Shown here piece after piece: positions 1 to 9,883 of a stretch of 58,193 nt of DNA. Every line of letters starts with the position of its first letter. The stretch's first letter is position 1. Where the stretch lies: positions 1 to 58,193 of the IMG/VR virus record IMGVR_UViG_3300045988_132327; one strand, given 5' to 3'. Made by a program: the position numbers and the translations under genes. The notes under the pieces were generated by a model. It searched no databases and was not told where the DNA came from. It saw only the letters and a list, made by a program, of their open reading frames with translations. This DNA is from a virus (lineage: Duplodnaviria > Heunggongvirae > Uroviricota > Caudoviricetes).

Positions 1-156
1 GTAAACGGCGCTCGTAACATTTTAGCGGCGGGGCACGCCGTTCTTGCCTGTGGAGGGATGGTGCAGTCAGGCCGCCCGTTGAAGCAGGAACCCACCGAAA
101 TGATTCAGGCGACAGCCTGAACGTAGCAGGAATCCACGCCCTTCAGAGCGTGGAGG

Positions 157-825
157 ATGTCAAATAGCCGTATTGATGGTTCAGGCTACAGAAACATATG
201 GGTTGTTGGTGATCTGCATGGTTGCTACACCAGATTGATGTCTGAACTTCATCGTGTGGACTTTGACCCGACACAGGATTTACTGATATCGGTTGGCGAC
301 CTTATCGATCGCGACACCGAAAATGTTGAATGCCTGGAGCTATTGCAGATGCCCTGGTTTCGGTCGGTTATGGGAAACCACGAGCGATTAATGATCGATG
401 CGTTAAGCCCAGCTGGAAACGTGAATAACTGGCTAATGAATGGCGGCCAGTGGTTCTTTATGCTGGATAGTGATAAGAAAGTTTTAGCCAGGGCGCTGGT
501 GGAGCTGGTAAGGCAATTGCCTCATATCATTGAGCTGAACACCGGGCAGGAGACTATTGTCATTGCTCATGCTGACTATCCGGATAGAGAGTATCAGTTC
601 GGTAAGGCTGTGCCGCTTTTCAATGTCATCTGGTCGCGCGACCGTGTTAGTGATTCGATAGATGGCATCGGTGAAGAAATTACAGGTGCAGATCGCTTTA
701 TCTTCGGACACACCCCGGCTAAAAGCCCAAAAGCATTCTGGAACCAGCATTATATCGATACTGGTGCTGTATTTTGCGGAAACCTGACGCTAATGCAGGT
801 GAAGGGAGGGCAGCTTAAAGTCTGA
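157..825 (+). CDS. ppp: Ser/Thr protein phosphatase, lambda PPase-like metallophosphoesterase
   Basis: 222 aa; GDLHG, GDLIDRD and GNHE metallophosphatase motifs; ggagg SD upstream of ATG. Confidence 0.85.
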   Translation: MSNSRIDGSGYRNIWVVGDLHGCYTRLMSELHRVDFDPTQDLLISVGDLIDRDTENVECLELLQMPWFRSVMGNHERLMIDALSPAGNVNNWLMNGGQWFFMLDSDKKVLARALVELVRQLPHIIELNTGQETIVIAHADYPDREYQFGKAVPLFNVIWSRDRVSDSIDGIGEEITGADRFIFGHTPAKSPKAFWNQHYIDTGAVFCGNLTLMQVKGGQLKV

Positions 826-865
826 TCAAATCATTTACGCACACAAACGCGTTAGAATATTGATT

Positions 866-880
866 TTAGTTTTCTAACAT
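866..880 (-). promoter_or_regulatory. operator-like motif ATGTTAGAAAACTAA (reverse strand)
   Basis: identical 15-mer to 14218..14232 and 24853..24867; between ppp and ORF 922. Confidence 0.5.
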
Positions 881-921
881 ATTATTTTACCGCTCGGAAC
901 AAAACAGAGTCGGTATACATT

Positions 922-1917
922 ATGAGTGCAATAATCACACCTCATTTCGTGAACGGAGCTGGTGTGGCTGTCTTTCCGGTAGACAAGCCCACCAGTAACT
1001 ACATTGGCGCAGGTCGCCGTTTCATTATCTCCCCACTTCCGCGTGAACAGGCTGAAAACACGCCAGATGGCGTAGTGGATCTGAACTATTCGCTGGTTGC
1101 CAACCAGTCTCTGAAACCGTTTTTTCAAAGCGAGCGCGTATTTAACGCGTTGGGCGGTGAAGATTCGCTCGTTCATTGGGTAAGTTCCAATATCCACGAT
1201 TGCCAGGCGCACGATAAGCGCGATTGCAGCCACCAGCTAACCACTCATTTCTATAACGGCTCTGCCGTTCGCCTGTGCTGGAAGCATGATGCGGAATACA
1301 TGATGAAGGGGTACAGCAAGCTGGACGACCAGTTATCCCTGAATCGTGCCAACTGGGTTATGAACTGGGCTGCGAGCGAGTTAAAACTACCGCCAGAACG
1401 CGATCTGAGCATGGTTGAACTCACTTTTTGGGCCATTCGCCGGAATCTGAAAGATGAGCTGCCAGATGAAGCCGGGCGCATTGCATTTTGTCAGCCAAAA
1501 ACTGAAATCCCTACCGGTACGCTGAAAGAATCAGATATCACCTGGGAGCACAGTACCCGCGAGCTGGTGGACATAACCGCAGAGCAGATCGTCAACCTGT
1601 CTGTAGATGAGGATTCCGGCCTGCTTTATATGCGCCGACCAAAAGCGGCCCTCGGTAAAAGCCCAGCTTATCTCAGGTTTGTGGTTTCTCGTCCGTGCAT
1701 CGGATGCGGTGGCAAAGTTAACCACCCGTTCATGTACCGCGCCCGCTCGTTAAACGAACACGACCGCTGGGCTGTTCCTCTTTGCGATGACTGCGCCAGA
1801 AGCGCAGAAAACGATGTCCGGGCATGGGAAAAAGCACATGGCATACGCCTTTACGTAGCCGCCAACCAGCTTTTCGACTTCGCCATCGAGCGCGGAGTGA
1901 TCACGTTCAATAACTGA
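922..1917 (+). CDS. hypothetical phage protein, DUF968-like with C-terminal Cys cluster (CIGCGG...CDDC)
   Basis: 331-aa ORF; family assignment from recalled motif pattern only. Confidence 0.45.
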   Translation: MSAIITPHFVNGAGVAVFPVDKPTSNYIGAGRRFIISPLPREQAENTPDGVVDLNYSLVANQSLKPFFQSERVFNALGGEDSLVHWVSSNIHDCQAHDKRDCSHQLTTHFYNGSAVRLCWKHDAEYMMKGYSKLDDQLSLNRANWVMNWAASELKLPPERDLSMVELTFWAIRRNLKDELPDEAGRIAFCQPKTEIPTGTLKESDITWEHSTRELVDITAEQIVNLSVDEDSGLLYMRRPKAALGKSPAYLRFVVSRPCIGCGGKVNHPFMYRARSLNEHDRWAVPLCDDCARSAENDVRAWEKAHGIRLYVAANQLFDFAIERGVITFNN

Positions 1918-1930
1918 TGGGAACAATGCA

Positions 1931-2224
1931 ATGAGTCAAGGTAATGGTGACGGAGCTGCAAAGTGCAGAATCTCCACTTGTTTGATTAATGACAAAAAAA
2001 TAGAACCGTGCGCGGCGTTGGCACAATCCCTGGAGCAGGATGCTGAATACACGACGCGGAAAGGTCTGCTGAAATACAAAATCTATAACCATGAATTAAT
2101 TCATTCACAAGACCTGATCATGCTGCGGTCTGGTGAATTTTCTAAATCACCGATTCGAGTTTCATTTTGCCCGTTCTGTGGTGAAAGTCTGAAAACGTGG
2201 GAAGCGGAGGCAACCAGTGAATAA
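1931..2224 (+). CDS. hypothetical small protein with CPFCG motif
   Basis: 97-aa ORF, packed immediately after upstream gene. Confidence 0.4.
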   Translation: MSQGNGDGAAKCRISTCLINDKKIEPCAALAQSLEQDAEYTTRKGLLKYKIYNHELIHSQDLIMLRSGEFSKSPIRVSFCPFCGESLKTWEAEATSE

Positions 2225-2861
2225 CCGCTTTTACCTGATGTGCTTGCGTGAAACTGTGGGTAATAACGCCTCATTCCATTGCCATAACGGCAATGGTTAC
2301 AGTTCTGATATCGATCGCGCTCATGTTTACACGCTGGAAGAAGCCCAAAAAGCCTGGAATTGTGGGCGAGATATCGATCAGCCTGTTTGCGCGGATAGCG
2401 TGGATGCAATGGCAGTGTGGCACGTTGATTGCCAGTACATCCCTACAGAAAGCCTGATTGAGTCAGATTGCACTGCGTATGTGGCCTACAAAAAAGGTAG
2501 CTGGAACGGCAACGATGTTTACTGGCTTCAACACGGTGGATTGCCAACAGATGACTTCAGTAAAGCGACCATCTTTAGCGTCGCCAACAAAAACGAACCA
2601 GGAATAGTTTGGTTGCCATTTTCCATTGCTGATGCAGCAAAGCGCCGGACGTTCAATATCAATAAATTTAACCGCAGAACAATGGTTCAGGGCGCAGGTT
2701 TGGTCATGCCTGACTGGTTGAAAAAGCAGAACAGAAGAAAGAAGTCGCGAAGCGGGAAGGTGCGTTGGAATTGTCCGCATTGCGGAAAAATCACCTGGCA
2801 GTACAGCCCATATGATTTTGAAGGCTGTCGTGATTACAACTGTGAAGGATGGCGAGAATGA
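2217..2861 (+). CDS. hypothetical Cys-rich protein with C-terminal zinc-ribbon-like CPHCG...CEGW
   Basis: 214-aa ORF overlapping neighbours by a few nt (operon-like packing). Confidence 0.45.
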   Translation: MNNRFYLMCLRETVGNNASFHCHNGNGYSSDIDRAHVYTLEEAQKAWNCGRDIDQPVCADSVDAMAVWHVDCQYIPTESLIESDCTAYVAYKKGSWNGNDVYWLQHGGLPTDDFSKATIFSVANKNEPGIVWLPFSIADAAKRRTFNINKFNRRTMVQGAGLVMPDWLKKQNRRKKSRSGKVRWNCPHCGKITWQYSPYDFEGCRDYNCEGWRE

Positions 2862-3583
2862 CAATTGACTATCAGGTACTGCGTGAGGCGGCAGAAAAGG
2901 CAACACCAGACGAATGGGTCGCATTTATTTCGCCGGGTACTGGTACATATGCGGTGCATACACCCGGTGATAAACGATGTGGAGACGTTATCAAATGGCC
3001 CGGCTTTGATGGACAGGAAAACGCAGAGAATAACGCTCGTTATGTTGCCGCGTTCAACCCAAAGGTTGCACTGGAGCTGCTTGGTGAAATTAAGCGCCTG
3101 GAGGACACAAATATTGATGCTATGTGTCGAATTGCAGAGCTTGAGACTAATCTCGCGGCGCTGGTGGCGGAGAATGCGGGGCTTAAGGCCTTCAAAACCG
3201 CCGTTTATCAGCAGATGGGCGTCGGATGTGATGCTCCTGAATTCTCCATTACGGTAGGTTTGAGTAACTTACGTCGTTTTGCTGACACACTCCACGCCAT
3301 TGAGCGTGAGTTCTTTACCAAAGAGCTACCTGATGAAGAGCACGAAGGCGAAACATTCAATGAATGTCCACTTAGCTGGGGAATGAGCGTCGAACAGTAC
3401 GTTTCCGAGTTTCGCAAATGCCTGGCTGAAGTGCGGGCGCAGGGGGTAGATATGGCTCGTAACGCGATGATTGATTTTGTTGATGGTGAAGTGGGGCCAA
3501 ACAAGAACGTTCCGGGGCTGATTAGAGGCGCAGAGATATGCGTAAGTATTGCTGAACAGCTTCGCAAAGGAGGCGACCAGTGA
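2849..3583 (+). CDS. Ea22-like family protein, paralog 1
   Basis: 244 aa; N-terminal approximately 85 aa near-identical to next ORF (DYQ.LRE.AEKATPDEWVAFIS..GTYAVHTPGD), then coiled-coil-like region. Confidence 0.55.
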   Translation: MARMTIDYQVLREAAEKATPDEWVAFISPGTGTYAVHTPGDKRCGDVIKWPGFDGQENAENNARYVAAFNPKVALELLGEIKRLEDTNIDAMCRIAELETNLAALVAENAGLKAFKTAVYQQMGVGCDAPEFSITVGLSNLRRFADTLHAIEREFFTKELPDEEHEGETFNECPLSWGMSVEQYVSEFRKCLAEVRAQGVDMARNAMIDFVDGEVGPNKNVPGLIRGAEICVSIAEQLRKGGDQ

Positions 3584-4302
3584 GCAAGATTGACTATCAG
3601 GCGCTGCGTGAGATAGCAGAAAAGGCAACACCAGACGAATGGGTCGCATTTATTTCGACGGATACTGGTACTTATGCGGTGCACACGCCCGGTGATGAAC
3701 GATGTGAAGACGTTATCAAATGGACCGGCTTTGATGGACAGAAAAATGCAGAGAACAACGCTCGTTATGTTGCCGCGTTCAACCCAAAGGTTGCTTTGGC
3801 ACTACTGGATGAACGGGAAAGGAACCAGCAATACATCAAATCCCGTGACCAGGAGAACGAGGATATTGCGCTAACGGTTGGGAGGCTGCGCGTTGAGCTG
3901 GAAGGCAAAGACAGCAAAATAGCCAATCTTACCGCCGAACGCGATGCTCTTCGTGAAGGTGAGATGGGCGACGCTAGGCATAGCAACACACGGGCCGCAG
4001 CTGATATCTACTTCCAACTGGTCGAGGAGTGCGAAATTCCTGCTGGCGGATCTCTGGTCGAGTACGTTGACGATATGCGCGAGAAGCTGGAAGCCGCAGA
4101 GAAGCGCATTGCAGAGTTAGAAAGTGGTTCTCAGGCACAAAAGTTAGTTGAAGCAATCATTGTTGCGATAGAAAACGAACAGGAAAGGCTTTTTGATGAA
4201 GATTACCTAATGGATTCGAAAGAATGCATTGCCGTAATTCGTGAAGAAGTAAAGCGATGGAATGATTCCCGTGCCGCTGGCATTCGCATCAAAGGAGAGT
4301 GA
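3580..4302 (+). CDS. Ea22-like family protein, paralog 2
   Basis: 240 aa; shares N-terminal domain with 2849..3583, divergent C-terminus. Confidence 0.55.
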   Translation: MSKIDYQALREIAEKATPDEWVAFISTDTGTYAVHTPGDERCEDVIKWTGFDGQKNAENNARYVAAFNPKVALALLDERERNQQYIKSRDQENEDIALTVGRLRVELEGKDSKIANLTAERDALREGEMGDARHSNTRAAADIYFQLVEECEIPAGGSLVEYVDDMREKLEAAEKRIAELESGSQAQKLVEAIIVAIENEQERLFDEDYLMDSKECIAVIREEVKRWNDSRAAGIRIKGE

Positions 4303-4303
4303 T

Positions 4304-4453
4304 ATGGCTAAGTACATCGTGACTATCGAAGGATTTAATGATTGCAAGGTTGTTGAGTTTGAAGCAGACACGCCAGAGGATGCCGAAGAAATAGGCAGAG
4401 ACATATTCTATGAAGAATGCAACTACGGCGTATCACCTGCTACAGAGGACTAA
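4304..4453 (+). CDS. hypothetical small acidic protein
   Basis: internal ATG of ORF 4262..4453 preceded by aaaggagag SD; 49 aa. Confidence 0.35.
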   Translation: MAKYIVTIEGFNDCKVVEFEADTPEDAEEIGRDIFYEECNYGVSPATED

Positions 4454-4456
4454 CAC

Positions 4457-4816
4457 ATGACCACTTTAACCGACAAAGAACTGATTAAAGAAATCAAAGA
4501 GCGCATAGGCAGCTTGGACGTTCGAGACAATATTGAGCGCCGTGCTTATGAAATCGCACTGGCATCGCTGGAAGCAGAGCCGGTGGCGTGGATGCGTGAT
4601 GACGCAGATGGTCGTGAGTATAACGCTCGCAATGAATTTTCTGGTGGAGGGGGAGGAGTTCCACTCTACGCCACCCCTCCAGCGCCAGTAGTACCGGAAG
4701 AAAAACCAATGCCTAATCCTCTTAGCATGTACGCGGTTGATGCTGTTGCCGCTATTGCAGAGGTGAGAGGCTGGAACGCCTGCCGTGCCGCTATGCTTCA
4801 GGGGAAAGGAGACTGA
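4457..4816 (+). CDS. hypothetical protein sharing IALASLEAEPV motif with 5026..5658
   Basis: 119-aa ORF. Confidence 0.45.
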   Translation: MTTLTDKELIKEIKERIGSLDVRDNIERRAYEIALASLEAEPVAWMRDDADGREYNARNEFSGGGGGVPLYATPPAPVVPEEKPMPNPLSMYAVDAVAAIAEVRGWNACRAAMLQGKGD

Positions 4817-4817
4817 T

Positions 4818-5015
4818 ATGGATAAAAACACCACTGCTTACTGGAATCTGTCACTTGATACCGAATGCCCAAAATGCGGTCACAATTTCGATCTGCTTTG
4901 TGACGCTGATTTCTGGGAGTTTTCTGGAGCTAAACAGGCATGTGAAGAAATAAAAGGTTACGAAACATGCTGTCCAGAATGTAACCATGAATTTAAAACA
5001 GATTTCGTGTATTGA
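4818..5015 (+). CDS. small zinc-ribbon protein (CPKCG...CCPEC)
   Basis: ATG at 4818 preceded by ggag SD; 65 aa. Confidence 0.45.
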   Translation: MDKNTTAYWNLSLDTECPKCGHNFDLLCDADFWEFSGAKQACEEIKGYETCCPECNHEFKTDFVY

Positions 5016-5025
5016 GGCATAACAA

Positions 5026-5658
5026 ATGACCACTATTACCAGAGAACAGGCACAGAAAATTATTGAAGCAGCCGATGAGGTTATTAGTGCGCTTGCCGGA
5101 ACTAACGAGGATGTTCACCCTGGTAGCGATAACATGCTACGCCTGTGGGATGACCTGAATGACCGTTACGCGCCCCCTGAAGTTGTGCGTGAGCTGGCAC
5201 GAATTGCACTGGCATCACTGGAAGCAGAGCCTGTAAGCCAAACTTACAACTTGCCAGAATTAATCGAAGGGATGGAAGTTTCCATTGATGTAAGCACTTG
5301 TGATGCTGATTTAGGTAATCGCTATTTCGGTACCGTCACCGAGGCGTTAGAACTTGATACAGCCAAGAATGGTTACATCCTCCTAGTTCAGGACGCAGAG
5401 CCAAACTTCGATGTAAATGGCAACTCTCCGGTAATTCCGGGCGGTTGGATAAGCTGTAGTGAGCGAATGCCGGATAGCAAAACAGCCGTTCTTGTTGCCA
5501 GGGAGTTTGACAGGAAAGGTGACTGGCGAATGAAATGGGCGACTTACATCCCGGGGCATCCTGACGCTAATGATGGGTGGATCATTCCTGGGGCGTCGTG
5601 GAAACCGTCACACTGGATGCCGCTACCAGAACCGCCGCAGGAGGTTAACCGTGGCTAA
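5026..5658 (+). CDS. DUF551-like phage protein
   Basis: 210 aa; C-terminal Trp-rich motif (PGGWISCSERMPD ... WMPLPEPP) typical of DUF551 as recalled. Confidence 0.5.
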   Translation: MTTITREQAQKIIEAADEVISALAGTNEDVHPGSDNMLRLWDDLNDRYAPPEVVRELARIALASLEAEPVSQTYNLPELIEGMEVSIDVSTCDADLGNRYFGTVTEALELDTAKNGYILLVQDAEPNFDVNGNSPVIPGGWISCSERMPDSKTAVLVAREFDRKGDWRMKWATYIPGHPDANDGWIIPGASWKPSHWMPLPEPPQEVNRG

Positions 5659-5932
5659 CCTTCAACTGGCAGTTAACGGTGAATATTTCGACCAGATGAA
5701 GTCTGGAGAGAAAACGGAAGAGTATCGCTTGTGTAATGACTACTGGAATAAGCGAATTCTGTTCCGCGAGTATGACCGCCTGATTATCACAAAGGGATAT
5801 CCGAAGCGCGATGATTCCAGCCGCAGAATAGACGTCCCGTATGACGGATATGAAATCAAGACAATCACGCATCCCCACTTCGGCGATAAACCGGTAAAGG
5901 TTTACGCGATAAAGGTAAATATCAATGGCTAA
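5651..5932 (+). CDS. hypothetical small protein, possibly ASCH/PUA-like
   Basis: GTG at 5651 preceded by ggagg SD; 93 aa; fold assignment is a guess. Confidence 0.35.
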   Translation: MANLQLAVNGEYFDQMKSGEKTEEYRLCNDYWNKRILFREYDRLIITKGYPKRDDSSRRIDVPYDGYEIKTITHPHFGDKPVKVYAIKVNING

Positions 5933-6329
5933 ATTTCAAAGAAATATTATTTTTCTGGCAATGTTATCTGCCTGTCATTTATCTCATGCATCGGTTATTG
6001 CTGCGGGAGCTGCGGCAACCGCTGTAATTAGCGCCTCAGCCGCCAGCGAGCATGAGCAACGTACTGCAATCAATGCATCTGCCAATACCACCACGGTATC
6101 AGTAACACAAGAAAAGCCGAATATCGGATTTGTTACTTGTGGCAAGCGATATGGTGAAATGGTTGGCTCTCTTGGTTGCGTAATGTGGCAAGACGACGAC
6201 CGAACAGAAATTCCGTGGAACTCATGGCCTGGCTACATTCTTGGTAAGAAGCTGCCCACCAGCTATGAAGTAAATGCTATTTCGTTCGACCAATATAACA
6301 GTGTTGCAACGGTCTATTTCTCTTATTAA
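5925..6329 (+). CDS. putative secreted protein
   Basis: 134 aa; N-terminal hydrophobic signal-like segment. Confidence 0.45.
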   Translation: MAKFQRNIIFLAMLSACHLSHASVIAAGAAATAVISASAASEHEQRTAINASANTTTVSVTQEKPNIGFVTCGKRYGEMVGSLGCVMWQDDDRTEIPWNSWPGYILGKKLPTSYEVNAISFDQYNSVATVYFSY

Positions 6330-6341
6330 CACGGAGTAATT

Positions 6342-6635
6342 ATGTGGCGCGGTAATAATCATGGTGGAAGCCAGATGATACTTACCGAATATCAGCTCGA
6401 CCACAAAACCAATAAATCACGCTCAGTATATTTGCTTCGGCACAATAGCCGCGTAAGGAATACAGTGCTGGAGCAAAATCTGACCGTTGAAATGGATAAT
6501 TCGGGGAACTTCAAGCCAACAATTTCGCTTGATGATTTTCCGCGTGGTTTAAGCGAAAGAGAAGCCATGCTGAAATTAGCAGAATGGCTTCAGAGGTTAA
6601 GTATTGTTATTGAAGATAACTGGAGTCAACCATAA
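6342..6635 (+). CDS. hypothetical protein
   Basis: 97-aa ORF in co-directional array. Confidence 0.35.
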   Translation: MWRGNNHGGSQMILTEYQLDHKTNKSRSVYLLRHNSRVRNTVLEQNLTVEMDNSGNFKPTISLDDFPRGLSEREAMLKLAEWLQRLSIVIEDNWSQP

Positions 6636-6943
6636 TGAAAAATAATAAATCTTTTGATTTTACCCCATTATTACATGCGGCTTGTGCCGTTTTAGCTCAG
6701 GTGATTATGGGCACATTAACTGGTAACTGGATTTATGGAGCAATAGCAGGGATCACGTTCTTTATTGCGCGCGAACACACCCAGGCTGAATACCGATGGA
6801 TAAACAAGTTCGGGAACGGTAAGCGCAGCAATATGCCCTGGTGGGGCGGTTTCGATCCGCGCGTATGGGATATGGCGAGCTTGCAGGATTTTACCGTCCC
6901 TACTGTCGCCTGCCTTTGGGTTTTGGTTTTTGTGTATCTATGA
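6635..6943 (+). CDS. small integral membrane protein
   Basis: 102 aa; at least two hydrophobic helices. Confidence 0.45.
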   Translation: MKNNKSFDFTPLLHAACAVLAQVIMGTLTGNWIYGAIAGITFFIAREHTQAEYRWINKFGNGKRSNMPWWGGFDPRVWDMASLQDFTVPTVACLWVLVFVYL

Positions 6944-7710
6944 TGGTGATCGATATGAGGATAACTAAAACTCGTTTATTGGACATTATCGCACGAATAG
7001 AAATGTATGGTCACGGTGCTGGATATACGGCAGATGAAGTATTGGCACTTGCCCAAATGGCTTTGGCGGCTTGCAAAGATGATAAAAAAATGAAGTTTAT
7101 CGACTTGTTAGTGAAGGAGCTGCCTAAGTGCGGCGGGTGGCCTTATGGAATGAGTTACTGTTACCTACCCAGTGTCAATTTAATGGCACCATGCGCGACT
7201 TTTGCTTTTGGCTCAGACCACAAAAAAGACACTTTCTTTGGGCGCAATTTTTGTTGTGAGATTGAGCTTCCAATTGGTGACCTTGATAGCGATGAATACC
7301 AGTCAGTTGTCACTCGCGAACAATACGAATCAGCTCTCATAGCGTCGCAGAAAGTCGAGTTCAATGGTGATGAACTTGAAAGTAAGACTTACAGGTTGGA
7401 TTTTGGGCAATGGCTGGAACAGCAACGCGGGAAAATCGATGTGGACTGTGGTTGTGTGTCCACTGAAACATTCATGCACTGGTTGCGGGTAGCTTATGAG
7501 GCTGGGAACCATCCGGTTCTTCCGGATAGTTCCCAACAAGCGCCCAGGAAAAGCGTAAAAACCACTCTGGAAAGAGGCTATCTTGAGGCCGCATTAAAGA
7601 TTAAGCCGGGCCATACGCTAGGCGTCATTGATGCCATGTTGGTTCATGAAATGGCTAAGGCTTTATTGCCGCTGGTGGCTGATAAAATTCCGAATAAGGC
7701 CGATATCTGA
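6940..7710 (+). CDS. hypothetical protein
   Basis: ORF 6841..7710 trimmed to internal ATG at 6940 overlapping upstream stop; followed by terminator. Confidence 0.4.
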   Translation: MMVIDMRITKTRLLDIIARIEMYGHGAGYTADEVLALAQMALAACKDDKKMKFIDLLVKELPKCGGWPYGMSYCYLPSVNLMAPCATFAFGSDHKKDTFFGRNFCCEIELPIGDLDSDEYQSVVTREQYESALIASQKVEFNGDELESKTYRLDFGQWLEQQRGKIDVDCGCVSTETFMHWLRVAYEAGNHPVLPDSSQQAPRKSVKTTLERGYLEAALKIKPGHTLGVIDAMLVHEMAKALLPLVADKIPNKADI

Positions 7711-7720
7711 TCACCATGCT

Positions 7721-7752
7721 AAAATCCCCTCAATTCACAGAGGGGATTTTTG
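7721..7752 (+). terminator. rho-independent terminator
   Basis: hairpin aaaatcccctc-loop-gaggggatttt followed by T-run, after 6940..7710. Confidence 0.6.
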
Positions 7753-8022
7753 TATATGTTGCATAGAGTTTTATGGAAAAGCGTTATTGTCGGCGCGATC
7801 TTGGCTATGTCTGGGTGTGCAATGGTGCAATACAACGACGGTGAAAAGGTAAGCATCCAGTCAGATGGCTGGTATGGGCTGGATAGTCTGCAAAAAACCG
7901 CAGATAAAGCCTGTCAGCAATATGGGAAGTCTAAAGCCGTATATCAGCATAGCGCGAACGCTAATCCCCATCTCGCGCCCGGTACGGGCGTTCAGAACAC
8001 CATTTGGAAATGCGAACCATAA
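7750..8022 (+). CDS. small lipoprotein
   Basis: 90 aa; signal peptide with lipobox-like AMSGC. Confidence 0.5.
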   Translation: MYMLHRVLWKSVIVGAILAMSGCAMVQYNDGEKVSIQSDGWYGLDSLQKTADKACQQYGKSKAVYQHSANANPHLAPGTGVQNTIWKCEP

Positions 8023-8061
8023 TGCTGGTGGCATCTTTGTTACAAAGAGGAACACCTGCTC

Positions 8062-8412
8062 TCAATGCAGGGGATGAGATTTAACGAAATCGATCACCTT
8101 ATCTTGAACTTCGGAAAGAAGGTATTTTTCACGACCCAGGACGTCAGGATATTGACGTTCTGGCCTTACCAGATGCCGGAGCTTCCCATTAAGCAGAATG
8201 GCCTCAGAAAACACTTTTACGCTGTGCTTTATCCCCTCTGTTTCACTTTTCAGCGTCAAAATAAAGCGCAATTGCTTGTTAGCCTGATTCAGATTCAATA
8301 CCCGAATTTGCAGTTCGTCTATGCTATTTCGCAATGGGATTGATGCCACCACACTGGTGCAGTCTCTGATTGTCTGAATTGAACGGCTAACATTGAGAAC
8401 GTTATTGTGCAT
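8062..8412 (-). CDS. hypothetical protein
   Basis: 116-aa ORF opposite to flanking genes. Confidence 0.35.
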   Translation of the reverse strand: MHNNVLNVSRSIQTIRDCTSVVASIPLRNSIDELQIRVLNLNQANKQLRFILTLKSETEGIKHSVKVFSEAILLNGKLRHLVRPERQYPDVLGREKYLLSEVQDKVIDFVKSHPLH

Positions 8413-8444
8413 GTGCCTGATCCACTAACTCCGGGAGGTTTCTT

Positions 8445-8696
8445 GTGTCAGATCGAAATATAGCAGCTAAAAGCCAGGAAGAGCGAGACAAGGTGAACGT
8501 AGACCTTGCCGCCAGCGGCGTTGCTTACAAAGAACGGCTGAATATACCTGTGATTGCAGAGCAGGTGGCCCGTGAGCAACCGGAAAACCTGCGCGCCTAT
8601 TTCATGGAACGGCTACGGCACTACCGGCAGTTAAGCCTCCAGTTGCCAAAAGGGAGCGATCCGGTGTATCAGAACGAGGATGCACCAAAAAAATAA
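8445..8696 (+). CDS. hot: Hot, homolog of DNA polymerase III theta subunit (HolE)
   Basis: 83 aa; [29 protein letters not shown] motif series matches E. coli HolE as recalled; GTG start with gggagg SD. Confidence 0.8.
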   Translation: MSDRNIAAKSQEERDKVNVDLAASGVAYKERLNIPVIAEQVAREQPENLRAYFMERLRHYRQLSLQLPKGSDPVYQNEDAPKK

Positions 8697-8780
8697 CGGC
8701 AAGATGGGGGAGAAATGTGATTAGCCCCCAGCGTGGCGCGCCTACAAACCCCGCTTTCACAAACTATGCCTTTTCAATGT

Positions 8781-8800
8781 ATACTGTATAAATAAACAGT
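8781..8800. promoter_or_regulatory. LexA box (SOS operator) TACTGTATAAATAAACAGTA
   Basis: CTGT-N8-ACAG palindrome matching the LexA consensus, about 20 nt upstream of humD. Confidence 0.8.
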
Positions 8801-8819
8801 ATCATTGAGGTAAAACGCT

Positions 8820-9209
8820 ATGGGCTTCCCTTCTCCTGCGGCGGATTATGTTGAAAGCCGAATTTCTCTTGATCAGCAACTAATCAGGCATCCATCAGCA
8901 ACCTACTTCATGCGGGCATCTGATAGCCATCACCGTGAGGGAATATTGCAGGGTGCTTTGCTGGTGGTTGATTCCTCGCTTACTCCGGTTGATGGTTCTC
9001 TGCTTGTGTGCGCTATGGAGGGTGAATATCGCATAAAGAGATACAGGAAGTATCCGCGCCAGCACCTGGAGGATTTAAGCACCGGGAGGAAAGAGGCGTT
9101 ACCAGTGGATGACGATGGATGCACGGGGAGTAATGCTGTTTTTGGTGTGATCACTCATGTCATCAATGATGTCCGAAGTGGGGAATTTGATGATTGTCCG
9201 GTGATTTAA
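8820..9209 (+). CDS. humD: HumD, UmuD-like S24 peptidase-family protein
   Basis: 129 aa; LexA/UmuD C-terminal-domain-like sequence; preceded by LexA box. Confidence 0.75.
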   Translation: MGFPSPAADYVESRISLDQQLIRHPSATYFMRASDSHHREGILQGALLVVDSSLTPVDGSLLVCAMEGEYRIKRYRKYPRQHLEDLSTGRKEALPVDDDGCTGSNAVFGVITHVINDVRSGEFDDCPVI

Positions 9210-9281
9210 GCTGCAAAGTGCTGGTGCTTTATACCTGTGAAGTTTATAGTTGTGTACACATAACGAGTACATGAGGTGTTT

Positions 9282-9503
9282 ATGCAATCCATTAACTTCC
9301 GTACCGCGCGCGGCAACCTTTCTGAAGTGCTCAACAATGTTGAAGCCGGGGAAGAGGTTGAAATCACCCGCAGAGGCCGAGAGCCAGCAGTAATTGTCAG
9401 CAAGGCTACTTTTGAAGCCTACAAAAAAGCGGCGCTGGATGCTGAATTTGCATCCCTGTTTGACACCCTGGACTCCACCAACAAGGAACTGGTTAACCGA
9501 TAA
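9282..9503 (+). CDS. phd: Phd antitoxin (prevent-host-death)
   Basis: 73 aa from ATG 9282; sequence matches P1 Phd as recalled. Confidence 0.9.
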
Positions 9504-9883
9504 TGAGGCATATATCACCGGAAGAACTTATTGCGCTTCATGATGCGAATATAAGCCGCTACGGCGGCCTGCCGGGAATGTCAGATCCGGGTAGGGCAGA
9601 GGCCATTATCGGGAGAGTTCAGGCCAGAGTTGCCTACGAAGAGATCACCGACCTTTTCGAAGTCTCCGCCACCTACCTGGTGGCTACGGCGAGAGGGCAT
9701 ATATTCAATGATGCCAATAAGCGTACCGCGCTAAACAGTGCGCTGCTATTTCTACGCCGTAACGGTATACAGGTATATGATTCTCCCGTGCTGGTGGAAC
9801 TTGCGGTGGGGGCCGCAACTGGTGAAATCCCCGTATCTTCAGTAGCGGAAAAACTACGTGAATTATTTGGTTCCAATATTTGA
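9503..9883 (+). CDS. doc: Doc toxin (death-on-curing, Fic-fold kinase)
   Basis: 126 aa; overlaps phd stop by 1 nt (TAATG); matches P1 Doc as recalled. Confidence 0.9.
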
